A DNA stretch of 64,000 nt from the human T2T-CHM13v2.0 reference genome, Homo sapiens: the NCBI RefSeq assembly GCF_009914755.1, contig NC_060927.1; one strand, 5' to 3'. The first letter of the stretch is position 1, and each line of letters starts with the position of its first letter. The notes under the pieces are model-generated. The model had not been told where the DNA came from and did no database searches. It saw nothing but the letters and a program-made list of their open reading frames with translations. Positions 1-34,044 of the stretch are shown here, in pieces. The translations under genes were made by a program, and so were the position numbers.

Positions 1-131
1 CTGGAGAGAGAGCTCTCTATGGTCCCTTCCTAGATTCAAGGCACATGGGCTATGCAAGCCAGCAGTGTGCCCAGGAGGGCAAGAACATGGCAAATGGGAA
101 GCAGCTAGCCAATCTCAGAAATTCTCAGTAA

Positions 132-467
<336 letters not shown>

Positions 468-774
468 CTAAATGAACTACTTCTTTCTGACTTCTGTATA
501 TTGAAATGAATCATCCTAGACCTTACACTTAGACCTTGCTAAAGCTGTGGTAATAGCTCCCTGTTTATAGCTCCCGGAAAACATCTGTATGTAACAAGAA
601 AGTCTTGGTGACACAATTCCTTAACCCAAGACAATGGATTGAGGATGGTGAGAAGGGAGTAGACCTGACCTATACCCTCTGAAGTGGCATTTATATATGC
701 AGTACTTGACTATTGTGACTACTAATATATTTTTACCTCTCCGGGAACAGCAACTCCCATGAAGTGTGTATTAT

Positions 775-1020
775 TTATTTAACACTTATGTAGCGCTTGT
801 CCTCTTGCAGGAAATCTTCAAAGCATTTTACTAATGTGAAATGGTTGAATTCTCATAAGCCTATGAGGCACCGTTTAGCTCCATATTGTAGTCGGGAAAA
901 CTGAGGCACAGAGAAAACAGGAAACTGCCTAAGAATAATAGCTCATAAACAATGGGGCAGAGTTTCAAAACCAGAGAGTTGGGTTCCAAAGACTGAGCTC
1001 GTAACCACCATACCATGCTA
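775..1020 (-). mobile_element. MIR SINE
   Basis: gaaaactgaggcacagaga is the reverse complement of the MIR core tctctgtgcctcagttt; flanks match MIR ends. Confidence 0.85.
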
Positions 1021-1178
1021 TCTGTCCTCATGTAAGCCTCTCCCTCTCTTTTGCCACGCTTGAGTTTGCACTCCGGGATATCATATACACAAGTACGGGT
1101 TTGGCTAACATTTTTATAGAGCCACTGCTCTTTCATATTGTTTCTAGTTGGCAGTTACAAATAGAAATGGAGCCTGAT

Positions 1179-1583
<405 letters not shown>

Positions 1584-1586
1584 TCA

Positions 1587-1923
<337 letters not shown>

Positions 1924-2007
1924 TCATGTTATGTCATCAGACTTAAACAATGAAGAGAATTCCAGGCTCTAAGAACAAGCCTTTTATCCTTACCTTACAA
2001 ATTATAT

Positions 2008-3909
<1,902 letters not shown>

Positions 3910-4159
3910 CTATAATAAATATTTATAGTACCCATGAGTGAAAGGAAAAAGCATATAAAGAACCATCAGTGAAATGAGAGATGATTCTAGAGTTCTTTCT
4001 TTGGGGATAAGGGTACTATTTTTTGGGAGGGAGGCTGGGCTCTGGCCATATAATCTGGAATATTTTCTTTTTGAAACTCATGTAATAGTTCAAGAATATT
4101 ATTCTAGGATGGGTATGAGGTGGCCCTTCGGTCAGAGATACTTGTTCCTGCCTTATTGA

Positions 4160-4523
<364 letters not shown>

Positions 4524-4705
4524 TAGCCAGCAGGAAGGAAAATTGGAGAAGTAAAGATCAAACCTGCTTCCTTTAATAGCACAACCCACAGGTTGTCCGT
4601 GTTGCTTCTGCTCACACCTCATTAGCCAGTATTTAGTCACATAACCAAGAGAGACTGGAAAATCTAGTCTGTTACTGGAGAAGTGGAAAACGGATGCTGA
4701 GGCTG

Positions 4706-4985
4706 GGCTGGGCACAGTGGCTCACGTCCATAATCCCAGCACTTTGGGAGGACAAGGCAGGAAGATCCCTTGAGCCCAGGAGTTCAAGCCCGTCCTGGGC
4801 AACATAGGGAGACCTCACCTCTATTTAAAAAATTTGAAATTTGCTGAACATGGTGGCTCATGCCGGTAGTCCTAGCTGCTCAGGAGGCTGATGCTGGAGG
4901 ATTGTTTCAGCCCAGGAGCTTGAGGCCACATGGAGCTATGATTGTGCTATTGCACTCCAGCCTAGGTGACAGAGTGAGCACTTGT

Positions 4986-5020
<35 letters not shown>
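4706..5020 (+). mobile_element. AluJ-like element with (CA)n tail
   Basis: ttgagcccaggag J-type motif; CA microsatellite ~4989-5020. Confidence 0.9.
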
Positions 5021-5022
<2 letters not shown>

Positions 5023-5625
5023 AAAAATAGAAAAAGAAATTAGATATTGGGAACAGACAGACAGCATTCTCACCCACAGAGCTGAGGTTAAATGAGGCTA
5101 CATTTATAGAGCTTACTGCCTATTAAGAAAAAAGACATTAAACAAATAATATAAATCATAGCTGTATAATACAATTACTTTAATTATAAGTAAAAGCACA
5201 GGTGCTATTAGGGTCACTAACAAAGGAGTCAAACCTAATCTGATGGAGCGATGGGAATGGGAGTGGGGGTCCGTGGAATACTTTTCTGTGAAAATAACGT
5301 CAAGACTAAGACCTGAAGGAAGATGAAGAATGAGCTAGAAGAGAATCTTTTGCAGAGGGAATCAGAATGGACTATGGTACATTCTAGGGACTCAGAGACC
5401 ATAACCCTGAGAGAAAGGGTGGAGGAGGAAGGGCTCACGTGTAACTAGAAGTAGCTGGTGGGAAAAAAGATTGACTGGAGCTGAGTGTGGAAAATAAATT
5501 CCTTGAGGAGTTAATGATGCAATTTGCCTGACAAAAAGATCATCCAGCTGCAAAGTGGAGAAAGTATGCACTGAGACAAGACCAGAAGCAGAGAGATCAG
5601 GTGGCAGTAAACCAAGTGGAGATGG
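5020..5625 (-). mobile_element. Degraded L2-like fragment
   Basis: Purine-rich sequence with L2-like motifs (ctaagacctgaaggaaga, aaaagatcatccagctgc); heavily diverged. Confidence 0.45.
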
Positions 5626-5709
5626 AAAGATTTTCTATGTCTGAAAATATCTTTATTCTGCCATCATAAGTAAATGCTGCTTAGACTTGATTCAAAATTT
5701 TAGACTTCA

Positions 5710-5850
5710 GTCAGGTACAGTGGAGAATGCCTGTAGTCGCAGCTACTCGGTAGGCTGAGTAAGGGGATCGCTTGAGCCCAGAAGTTTGAGGCCAGTCTGG
5801 GCAAAGCAGCAAGACGATCTCTAAAAATAAAAAAGAAAAGAAAAAAAATT
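5710..5850 (+). mobile_element. Alu monomer (FLAM/FRAM-like)
   Basis: Single ~120-bp Alu arm with A tail; TSD-like aaaatt(tt)agacttca. Confidence 0.75.
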
Positions 5851-6010
5851 AGACTTCAAATCGTGTTTTTTTGGTCTCAAAATACTGAAGACATTGCTTA
5901 TCTTCTGATAATCAATGTTGTCAATGTAAAATCTGATTCCAGTCAAATCCTTGTTCCTTTGTAGACTGTGTCTAGAATTTTCTGGTTTTCCTGAGGATCT
6001 TGAAATTTCA

Positions 6011-6343
<333 letters not shown>

Positions 6344-7063
6344 TTATTTCATTTGTTCTGCTTTATCTGCAGCCAGTGGTACTTGGAGTGTGAAGCTCAC
6401 TGACTTTCTTCAATTCTGGGAAATTGTACTTTTCTTCTAAAAAATTCCCTATTATTTATTTCTGTTTCCTCTTTCTAGAGCTCCTATTAACTCCTTTCTA
6501 GAGTTCCATATTAATGGAATCTTTTTGATAATCTGAAGTATTCAACTGTTCTGTAATACTTGATATTGCTAATCAAGTATTCTTTTTTGGCTAAGAAACA
6601 TTACTTTGGATATTTTAGTTAACTAATTTGATCTCCTACTGAGTCCATTCTATATTTATCCCACCTATTGAATTTCAGAGACACATTTTTTTTCACTTGT
6701 AACATGAGAGTTTTATTTTAAACAAATCAGCTTTATAGAGGTATAATGTGCACACAGTAAAATAGTCATATTTTAAGTACATAGTTAGATGGATTTTGAC
6801 ACGTGTATATGCCCATATAACTACCACTCTGAACAAGATATAGGACATTTTATCAAATCCAAAGTTTCCTTGTGCCTTGGTGCAATCAATCCTCCTCCAT
6901 CTTCCAAACATTTATTACTACAGATTAGCTTTACATTTTCTAGGACTTTGTATAAGTAGATCATATCATATGTAGTCTTTTGCGTCTTGCTTTTTTGCTA
7001 ACCATACAACCATACTATCTGTGTGAATCATCCGTGCTATTGCATATAGCAGTAGCTTGTTCC

Positions 7064-7160
7064 TTTTTTTTTTTTTTTTTTTGAGACAGAGTTTCGCTCT
7101 TGTTGCCCAGGCTGGAGTGCAATGATGCAATCTCGGCTCACTGCACCTCCACCTCCCAGG
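7064..7160 (-). mobile_element. 5'-truncated Alu (partial right arm)
   Basis: poly-T plus ~80 bp of Alu 3' end; TSD-like tag(c/t)ttgttcctttt. Confidence 0.85.
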
Positions 7161-7375
7161 TGGAGGCTAGTTTGTTCCTTTTTATTTCTGAGTAGTATTT
7201 CATTATATGGATATACCACAATTTGCTGATCACCTTACCAGTTGATGGACATTAACACTTGTTATTATTAGGCTTTTAAATTTTGGCCATTTTAGCTACC
7301 CTGAGCACATTGCCCATGGGTTAGCCCTGCTCCACAAGGGGCAGTTAAGGAAAAAATTAAAAAAAAAATTGAACC

Positions 7376-7675
<300 letters not shown>

Positions 7676-8033
7676 TGACCATTTTAGTGGGCATGTATTT
7701 CATTATGATTTAAAAATGCATTTCTCTAATATGTAATGATGTCACACATATGCCCAGGTGCTTTGAGGTCATTCACACATTTTCCTGTTTGCCTGTTCAA
7801 ATATTTTGCCCATTCTCAAATTGAATTATTTCTCTTCTTTTTATTGATTTGTAAAGATCCTGATTGCAAGTCCTATATTTGTGTTGCAAATAGTTTTTCC
7901 CTGTCTGTGGCTTCACTTTTATAGTGTTTTTGTTTGCTAGTTTTTGTGTTTTTTGAAAAAGTAGTACCTTCTAAAAAATAGAAAAATTCAATTTTGATGA
8001 AGTACAATTTATAATTTTTTAATGGTTAGTGCT

Positions 8034-15410
<7,377 letters not shown>

Positions 15411-15419
15411 CATAGTGGT

Positions 15420-18545
<3,126 letters not shown>

Positions 18546-18959
18546 TAAAGGGATTTGGGAGAGAAAGAATAGAAAGGTATATGTGTTTGGTCTGACACCT
18601 TGATCTAAACTTCATGTGCGTCTTTGGTTTTGCTGTTTTTGGTGTCTGGACTCCTAGTTTTTGGCTGTAGCACAAAGACTTTGGCTTGGGTTTCCCTCTC
18701 CATCTCTCCTTGCTTTTACTATTTCTGTTGGAATTCCTGCACTGGCTATCATCTCCGAACCTAATTTCTCTTCTTGGTATCGTGTTTAAAGTTGTTACTG
18801 ACCTGTCCAATCCCCCAGGACTGGAGAGAGGAGCTGGGCAAGGCCTCTGCATGGCTCGTGGCGGTGGTAGCTGCCTCGAGAGCCCCCACTTGTCCCCCTC
18901 TCCCTTGCTCTCATCTGCGGCCACACAGTCTCCTTTCAGTGCCGTGAACTAAAACGTAT

Positions 18960-19372
18960 GCCCGGTTTTGCTTCACAGGCTTTTTACATGCTTTCCTCTA
19001 TGTCTAGAGCAGCCTCTTTTATACATTCTAACAGTTATTGCTTAGTCATGCTTTCCTCTATGTTTAGAGCAGCCTCTTTCATACATTCTAACACTTAGTT
19101 ATTGCTTAGCCATTTTCAGGTCTCAGTTCTAATACCACATCCTCAAGAAGCTCTTCCCTGACTCCCTACATAATCCAGATCCCAGAGCATGTAGCATGTT
19201 TCTCAGGGAACTCATTACAGTTTGTAGTTATATTTATTTACATTATAGTTTAATTAATGCATGTCTTTTCTGAGACTACTAGACTCACAGTTATGTCCAA
19301 AGGATCATGTCTGTTTTGCTCATTACAATATCAGCTACTAGCACAGTGCCCATATGAATTGCTGAATGAGGA
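18960..19372 (+). mobile_element. L2 LINE 3' end
   Basis: ttcaggtctcagttctaataccacatcctcaagaagctcttccctgac and terminal ctagcacagtgccc...gctgaatgag are L2 3' motifs. Confidence 0.75.
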
Positions 19373-19611
19373 AGTAAAGTGCCAGTAAGTCTTCAATAAT
19401 GTGGTTTCAATGAAGACATTGGAATGATAAATGAAACTGATCTTTAATTCTTCTTGGATTTCTGACATTAATAGTATTATAGGACAGATGCTTATATTTA
19501 TAGCATAGAACAATACACATATAGCTATATATATCACAAAATGATTTATATTTACAGCACAGAAATTAGATTATGACAATTTTAATACACAACAACTTAT
19601 AGATTTCTTAA

Positions 19612-20684
<1,073 letters not shown>

Positions 20685-20971
20685 TATTATTTTATTTAAC
20701 AACCTCAACTCATATATAAGTCAGTGAATCCCTTTGTAAAAACATTATGAGATACTTTGTTTCCATTTTGTAGGCTTCATTAACAACACATAACATCAGT
20801 GTAAGTCATGATTCTTTAGGCAACAAGCATATGGCTACATTAAGTCAACTATTATTGATATAATAGATTCTATAAATTTAAATTAATCTGGATTTGCTTT
20901 ATAAATATGTAGAATAGAACATTTCCTCCTGTGTTGTAGGCACAACATAGCAAACATGATCCATCTATATA

Positions 20972-21010
20972 TCAGGTTGGTGCAAAAGTAATTTGCCATT
21001 AAAAGTTTTA
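20972..21010 (+). mobile_element. MADE1 (Hsmar1-derived MITE) half element
   Basis: tcaggttggtgcaaaagtaatt...tgccatt matches the recalled MADE1 terminal inverted repeat; second arm absent. Confidence 0.75.
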
Positions 21011-21129
21011 ACAGAGGCAGTGTCCTGCTATGTTGCCCAGGCTGGTCTCAAACTCCTGGCCCCAAGCAATCCTCCCATCTTGGCCTCCCAAAGTGCTGAG
21101 ATTACAGGTGTGAGCCACTGCACTCAGCC
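21011..21129 (-). mobile_element. Alu left monomer (FLAM/AluJ-like)
   Basis: gctatgttgcccaggctggtctcaaactcctgg...gagccactgcactcagcc. Confidence 0.85.
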
Positions 21130-21207
21130 TATATTGTTAAATAATTTTGTAATACTAAAAATCCTAAGTTATGTTGGTTAAGGTTTTTAGTTAAAAACAA
21201 GTAAGTC

Positions 21208-22185
<978 letters not shown>

Positions 22186-22656
22186 TATTCTATGGCCACA
22201 CTGTGTGTCAAAGGATATGAAATAAAAATTTTATTAGTGGGCCATTCAGGAAATAGTGAGAAATGTCACTCCTATTTTCACTTCTTAGTGCCTAAGAAGT
22301 GCTCACTTGTTTTGGCCGTGGAAGAGAAAATACCACATATTGGTGGTTGTTTTAGAGCATATACTGTATTCTACAGGATGGTGTCTGAACTTTCTAAGAT
22401 ATTTCCCAATAGGCACCAAAACTAAATCTTCAGTAGGTCACTTCACTGTTTTATGAAGCCAACTGCTTCTGGTTAGAAATCTTAGTGCATCCTAAATGCT
22501 TCAACTCATTGTCCTAATCATTTTGCTATTCAGTAAGATCCCTGGTCAGAAGCAATGTTATGTAATTACAGTGACAGTGAGTAAAGCACTTGGTAAGTCT
22601 ACAGATGGTGTTTCTGGGAGAAGCTTGGTAGACCAGGTAGACAAATGCATATCTAA

Positions 22657-22972
<316 letters not shown>

Positions 22973-22974
22973 CC

Positions 22975-23260
22975 TATATGAAGTCTTTTATCCCTCACCC
23001 ACCTCCCAACCTCTGCATTCTGAGTCTCCAAAGTCCATTACACCACTCTGTATGTCTTTGCATACCTATAGCTTAGCTCCAACTTATAAGTGAGAACATA
23101 CGGTATTTGGTTTTCCATTCCTGAGCTAGTTCACTTAGAATAGTGGCCTCCAGCTCCATTCAAATTGTTACAAAATACTTTATTATTATTATTTTTTATG
23201 GCTGAATAGTATTCCATGGTGTATACATACCACATTTTTTTTTTATCTGTTCATTGGTCT
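22975..23260 (-). mobile_element. L1PB/L1MA 3' fragment
   Basis: ttagctccaacttataagtgagaacatacggtatttggttttccattcctgag is an L1 3'UTR motif in reverse. Confidence 0.88.
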
Positions 23261-23683
23261 TGTCTAACCATCTATTGAAAATCTTTCGCACAACGCCAAT
23301 CTATATGGGTCTTTACATGGGACACAACTATTCTTCAACTCTAGACTTAGGCTGAGGGGTTTTTGCTCCAGTTCTCTTTATCACCAATCCTCCAATCTTA
23401 TTACTCCCAAGTCCCTAACTATCCAGTGACATTATTAGCTATTGGCTACAAATTAATGTTGACCTGCAACTCATCTTTCTTTCCAGATAAATGGATTGTG
23501 AGATGTACTATTTTAAGTTATGCCCATTGGGAATATTTATTTTTCTACACTGACCACCAGGTCACCCCTGAGTGGGACTGGCATGCTATGGCAGTGCACT
23601 TCTGCAAGTGGGGTTATTGAGCTACATTAAAAAGTGACAAAGAAATGCTGCTACATAATGTGGATGTAGAAAAATACTTCTAT

Positions 23684-24876
<1,193 letters not shown>

Positions 24877-25107
24877 CTGTCTTTTTGTTCTCGTAACAGT
24901 TAGAAGCGTCCAGCTTAATCTTCCACATGCCTTCTTATTCTTGTCTCTTGTATAACTATGATTATTTGGTCCCTGAAACGCTTGTCTTTGATAGGCTCCT
25001 CATTCCACACGGCCAAGTGATCATTTAGGTAACTCACTCTCCCTTGCTGCCGTGGTCTGGATCCTCGCTGCCTTTTAGCCTGACCACATCACATAAGCAT
25101 TTCTTGA

Positions 25108-25470
<363 letters not shown>

Positions 25471-25852
25471 TCATACCTCGTTTTCAAATAACAGAGTTCA
25501 CCCTGGCTAATTGTAGCTGAAATAAATTGAATAAAAGATGTTAGGTAGTTGAAGGGATCATTGAGAAGGCTGGAGTAAATGGCTAAGTCTCAATAAAGTC
25601 GAGAGCCATACCAAAGCACTACCCTAATGAGAGAGTTGCCACCATTGCTGCCAGTTCCAGACCATGCAGCAGAACTGGCCTGATGAGAAAATTCCTGGGT
25701 GCCAGTCCCAAGGGCAGAGGTCTGAAAGTGCATTGCTTATGACATGTATATATAGAAGGATGGAACAGCAACAGTGCATCTGTTTTTATTCTAGTTTGAA
25801 GGAATTGCCATCCTCAAGTGTTGAATATCTAACTTCAAAACAGTGGTGACAG

Positions 25853-27448
25853 TGTGTCCGAAATTGGTGGGTTCTTGGTCTCACTGACTTCAAGAATGAA
25901 GCTGCGGACTCTCGCGGTGAGTGTTACCGCTCTTAAGGTGGCGTGTTTGGAGTTTGTTCCTTCTGATGTTCGGATGTGTTCGGAGTTTTTTCCTTCTGGT
26001 GTTCCCGCCCGGTTTGTGGTCTCTCTGGCTCAGGAGTGAAGCTGCAGACCTTCGCAGTGAGTGTTACAACTCTTAAGGCGGCGCGTCTGGAGTTGTTCGT
26101 TCCTCCCGGTGGGCTTGTGGTCTCGGTGGCTTCAGAAGTGAAGCTGCAGACCTTTACGGTGGGCGTTACAGCTCATAAAAGCAGCGTGGACCCAAAAAGT
26201 GAGCAGTAGCAAGATTTATTACAAGGAGCGAAAGAACAAAGCTTCCACAATGTGGAAGGGGACCTGAGCAAGTTGCTACTTCTGGCTCGGGCAGCCTGCT
26301 TTTATTCTCTTATCTGGCCCCACCCATGTCCTGCTGATTGGTAGAGCCCAGTGGTCTGTTTTGACAGGGCGCTGATTGGTGCCTTTACAATCACTGAGCT
26401 AGAGACAAAGGTTCTCCACCTCCCCATCAGATCAGTTAGATACAGAGTATGGACACAAAGGTTCTCCAAGGCCCCACCAGAGCAGCTAGATACAGTGTCG
26501 ATTGGTGCATTCACAAACCCTGAGCTAGACACAGGGTGCTGATTGGTGTGTTTACAAACCTTGAGCTAGATACAGAGTGCTGATTGGTGTATTTACAATC
26601 CCTGAGCTAGACATAAAGGTTCTCCAAGACCCCACCAGAGTAGTTAGATATGGAGTGTCGATTAGTGCATTCACAAACCCTGAGCTAGACACAGGGTGCC
26701 GATTGGTGTGTTCACAAACCTTGAGCTAGATACAGAGTGCCGATTGGTGCATTCACAATCCCTGAGCAAGACATAAAGGTTCTCCACGTCCCCACCAGAC
26801 TCAGGAGCCCAGCTGGCTTCACCCAGTGGATCCTGCACCGGGGCTGCAGGTGGAGCTGCCTGCCAGTCCCGGTGCCGTGGGCCCACACTCCTCAGCCCTT
26901 GTGTGGTCGATGGGACTGGGCGCTGTGGAGCAGGGGGTGGCGCTCGTCGGGGAGGCTCGGGCCGCACAGGAGCCCATAGAGGGGGTGGGAGGCTCAGGCA
27001 TGGCGGACTGCAGGTCCCGAGCCCTGCCCCGCGGGAAGGCAGCTAAGGCCCGGTGAGAAATCAAGCACAGTGCCGGTGGGCTGGCGCTGCTGGGGGACCC
27101 AGTACACCCTCCGCAGCCGCTGGCCCGGATGCTAAGCCCCTCACTGCCCGGGCCGGCAGGGCCGGCCGGCTGCTCTGAGTGCGGGCCCGCCAAGCCCCCG
27201 CCCACCCGGAACTCCAGCTGGCCCGCAAGCGCCGCGCGCAGCCCCGGTTCAGGCTCGCGCCTCTCCCTCCATACCTCCCTGCAAGCTGAGGGAGCAGGCT
27301 CCGGCCTTGGCCAGCCCAGAAAGGGGATCCCACAATGCAGCGGTGGGCTGAAGTGTTCCTCAAGTGCCGCCAAAGTGGGAGCCCAGGCAGAGGAGGCGCC
27401 GAGAGCGAGCGAGGGCTGTGAGGACTGCCAGCACGCTGTCACCTCTCA
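25853..27448 (-). mobile_element. ERV9 solo LTR (LTR12C-like), full length
   Basis: Minus strand begins TGAGAGGTGACAGCGTGCTGGCAGTCCTCACAGCCCTCG and ends GAACCCACCAATTTCGGACACA, matching recalled LTR12C termini; 1596 bp; flanks acag/acac resemble a 4-bp TSD; no internal gag/pol. Confidence 0.96.
26285..26795 (-). promoter_or_regulatory. LTR12 U3 enhancer/promoter repeat array (CCAAT/NF-Y and GATA motifs, TATA-like AATAAAA)
   Basis: Seven gattgg (CCAATC on minus) plus one gattag variant in ~41-bp subunits carrying tagata(c); ggcagcctgcttttattctc at ~26290-26309 is the LTR12 core promoter box. Activity is inferred from family knowledge. Confidence 0.75.
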
Positions 27449-27569
27449 ACACTGCGGTGCTGATAATGACACTTCCTGATAATTAGGTAAGAATCTGGCC
27501 ATTGCCACCCTCTTCAGGGCTGTGAATTTAACATAATCATGATAATTTCAAGCAACAAAATGCTCTAGG

Positions 27570-28290
<721 letters not shown>

Positions 28291-28770
28291 AGGAGTTTCT
28301 ACTGCTTTCTTTGTTAAGTTAAAACCCATTCACCTGAGTGAGCAATACTACCTATATACATGTGTCTGAGCACAAGAATTCGTCATTAAAAAAGAATCAA
28401 AATACTTTATGTACTTATTGTCCATTTTCAAAGAAAAAAATCAGTGCATGTCTCCTTTTCTATGTCCAAATTAATTTTATTGAAATAAATGGTGAGTGGA
28501 TGGTAGCATTTAGTGCTTTTCCTTTCTTAGTAACTGAATCTTATTTTTGAATAATTGATCTGATTCGCCAACAGATGATTTAATTTCAGATACTGTTTGA
28601 AAATACCTAGTGGCTGTAGAACAGAATGTTTAACCATGCTTTGTAGACCTATCCCAATTTTTAAGCTTCTAGATGTTGAAAACCTTTATAGCCTCTGCTG
28701 CTATTTATCTAATCACTTACAATTCAGAAATTTCATTTGGCTGTAAGAGAAGGCAGAAAAACAGAATTTT

Positions 28771-29072
28771 ATTTATTTATTTTTGTTTTTATTTTTTTAT
28801 TTTTTATTTTTTATTATACTTTAAGTTCTAGGGTACATATGCACAACGTGCAGGTTTGTTACATATGTATACATGTGCCATGTTGGTGTGCTGCACCCAT
28901 TAACTCATCATTTACATTAGGTATATCTCCTAATGCTATCCCTCCCCCCTTCCCCCACTCCATGACAGGCCCCGGTGTGTGATGTTCCCCTTCCTGTGTC
29001 CATGTGTTCTCATTGTTCAATTTCCACATATGAGTGAGAACATGCGGTGTTTGGTTTTTTGTCCTTGCGATA
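28771..29072 (-). mobile_element. 5'-truncated L1PA insertion (~300 bp)
   Basis: ttattatactttaagttctagggtacat...atgagtgagaacatgcggtgtttgg is the L1PA 3' end; TSD gaaaaaca(g/t)aatttt at ~28756-28770 and ~29074-29088. Confidence 0.95.
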
Positions 29073-29107
29073 GGAAAAACATAATTTTAAAGAAATTAAG
29101 ACTTTTA

Positions 29108-29447
<340 letters not shown>

Positions 29448-29727
29448 CTAGGCCTTTCAGGGCTGGCATGGTGGCTCCCAATCCAGGCTCCTTCTCTGCT
29501 TCCCCTCAGCCATCCTTAGTGTATGTTTATTGCCTCATGAGCACAAGCTCCCTGCACCACCTCTGCCATCATGTCCACGCTCAAAGACAGAAGAGAAAGG
29601 GCAATGGAAAATATTTGTTAGCTGAGAGTATACTTCTTTTAAAAAGATTTCCTAAAAGTCCCACCCAATGGCATCCACTTATATTTCATTTTATCTGGCA
29701 TGGGAGATTGCTAAGAAATTTAGTTAA

Positions 29728-31001
<1,274 letters not shown>

Positions 31002-31189
31002 TAGTTTTGCCCACTAAAGAAGCAGGTTAGTTTCAGAGGAGTACAATTTTAGGTGGGAGAAAACTGATAAGTGAACACGCTTCATCAACAACTATCATTC
31101 AGCACACCATCAACAAAGAATCTCTAGAAGATGGCATTTTTTATGCTAACCAAAATATATTTACTCTACTTACAAGTATGTAAAATATA

Positions 31190-31330
31190 TTTGTGCTTTT
31201 GTTTCCTTATCTGTAAAATGAGAAAAATAATTATACCTACCTTAACTCAAACTTCTGAGTTAATATGGGAAAATCATGTAGAATGTTGTATGGTATATAG
31301 CAAATGTTCTATGAGTTTACTATTGTTTGT
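31190..31330 (+). mobile_element. MIR fragment
   Basis: tttccttatctgtaaaatgagaaaaataattatacctacc MIR core. Confidence 0.75.
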
Positions 31331-31953
31331 TATTTAAGCAAATCAGAAAATAGAGTTAATAATATCTGTTCTTTGGATGAAGTTAGTATAGGGTTGTCAA
31401 ATGGAGATTTATTCTTCCTGGTGAGGGTGAAGAATGATGGCTTGAAATTAAATTCCTGCCTCCCTGTGTTTTTGTTGGGTATGATAAGATTGTTTCACTT
31501 TTATTCACTGGAGGAGGACCTTAGGATTATTAGAGAGGATCCAGGGAGGGAGGTACATTCACTGAGTCCATAGCAACTAGCTTTCATGACCTGGACCCTC
31601 CATTTCCTCTATGTATTTGTAAAGCTTCTTTTATCCTTGTTGGATATAAGTTTTCTGCCTGTAAGTTTCAAGCCAGCAGATTACCTGATGAACCTATTAA
31701 AAAGAAAGAAAGCATTGTTTCCAGAAAATGTTTTGTACTCTTGAGCTCCCAGGCTAAGCTAAGTCAGCTGCTGAGGTAGACGTTGACAGATCACTGGACA
31801 GTGTTACCTTAACAGAAGAAAAATTAGTAGCTATTTTAAACAAGAAAACTACAAAAAGACATGGGCTATAATGTCAGATTTCATAATCTTTAGAAAGGTT
31901 GAAGAAAGCACCGTGGTTAGAGCCCTGGGTCCAAGCCCCAGCTCTGCCTCTTA

Positions 31954-33236
<1,283 letters not shown>

Positions 33237-33377
33237 TAAAGGGTCAGGCATACACAATCTTTGTAAGGGCAAAACTGACAAAAAGGGCACCTATCACCTT
33301 CTCACATTTCATGGCTAGAACTTAGTCACATGGCCACCTCTGGCTGCAGGTGTGGCTAGATAAAGCAGTGGTCTTTA

Positions 33378-33831
<454 letters not shown>

Positions 33832-33862
<31 letters not shown>

Positions 33863-33994
33863 GGTGTATATATATATATGTATATATATATGTGTATATA
33901 TATGTATATATATATACGTATATATGTATATATATGTATATATATATACGTATATATATGTATATATATGTATATATATGTATATATATATGTA

Positions 33995-34042
<48 letters not shown>
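33832..34042. repeat. Complex (TA)n/(TG)n microsatellite in an Alu tail
   Basis: About 210 bp of alternating purine-pyrimidine sequence ending in a pure (TA)n run. Confidence 0.97.

Positions 34043-34044
<2 letters not shown>

Noticed and set aside
26330-26795. Regularly spaced ~41-bp repeats resembling a CRISPR-like array
   Set aside because: No unique spacers and no cas genes; it is the known tandem U3 repeat of LTR12.
26671-27479. Overlapping Pro/Ala/Gly-rich ORFs and CpG-island appearance suggesting a gene 5' end
   Set aside because: Entirely inside the LTR12 GC-rich region, where stop codons are rare by composition.
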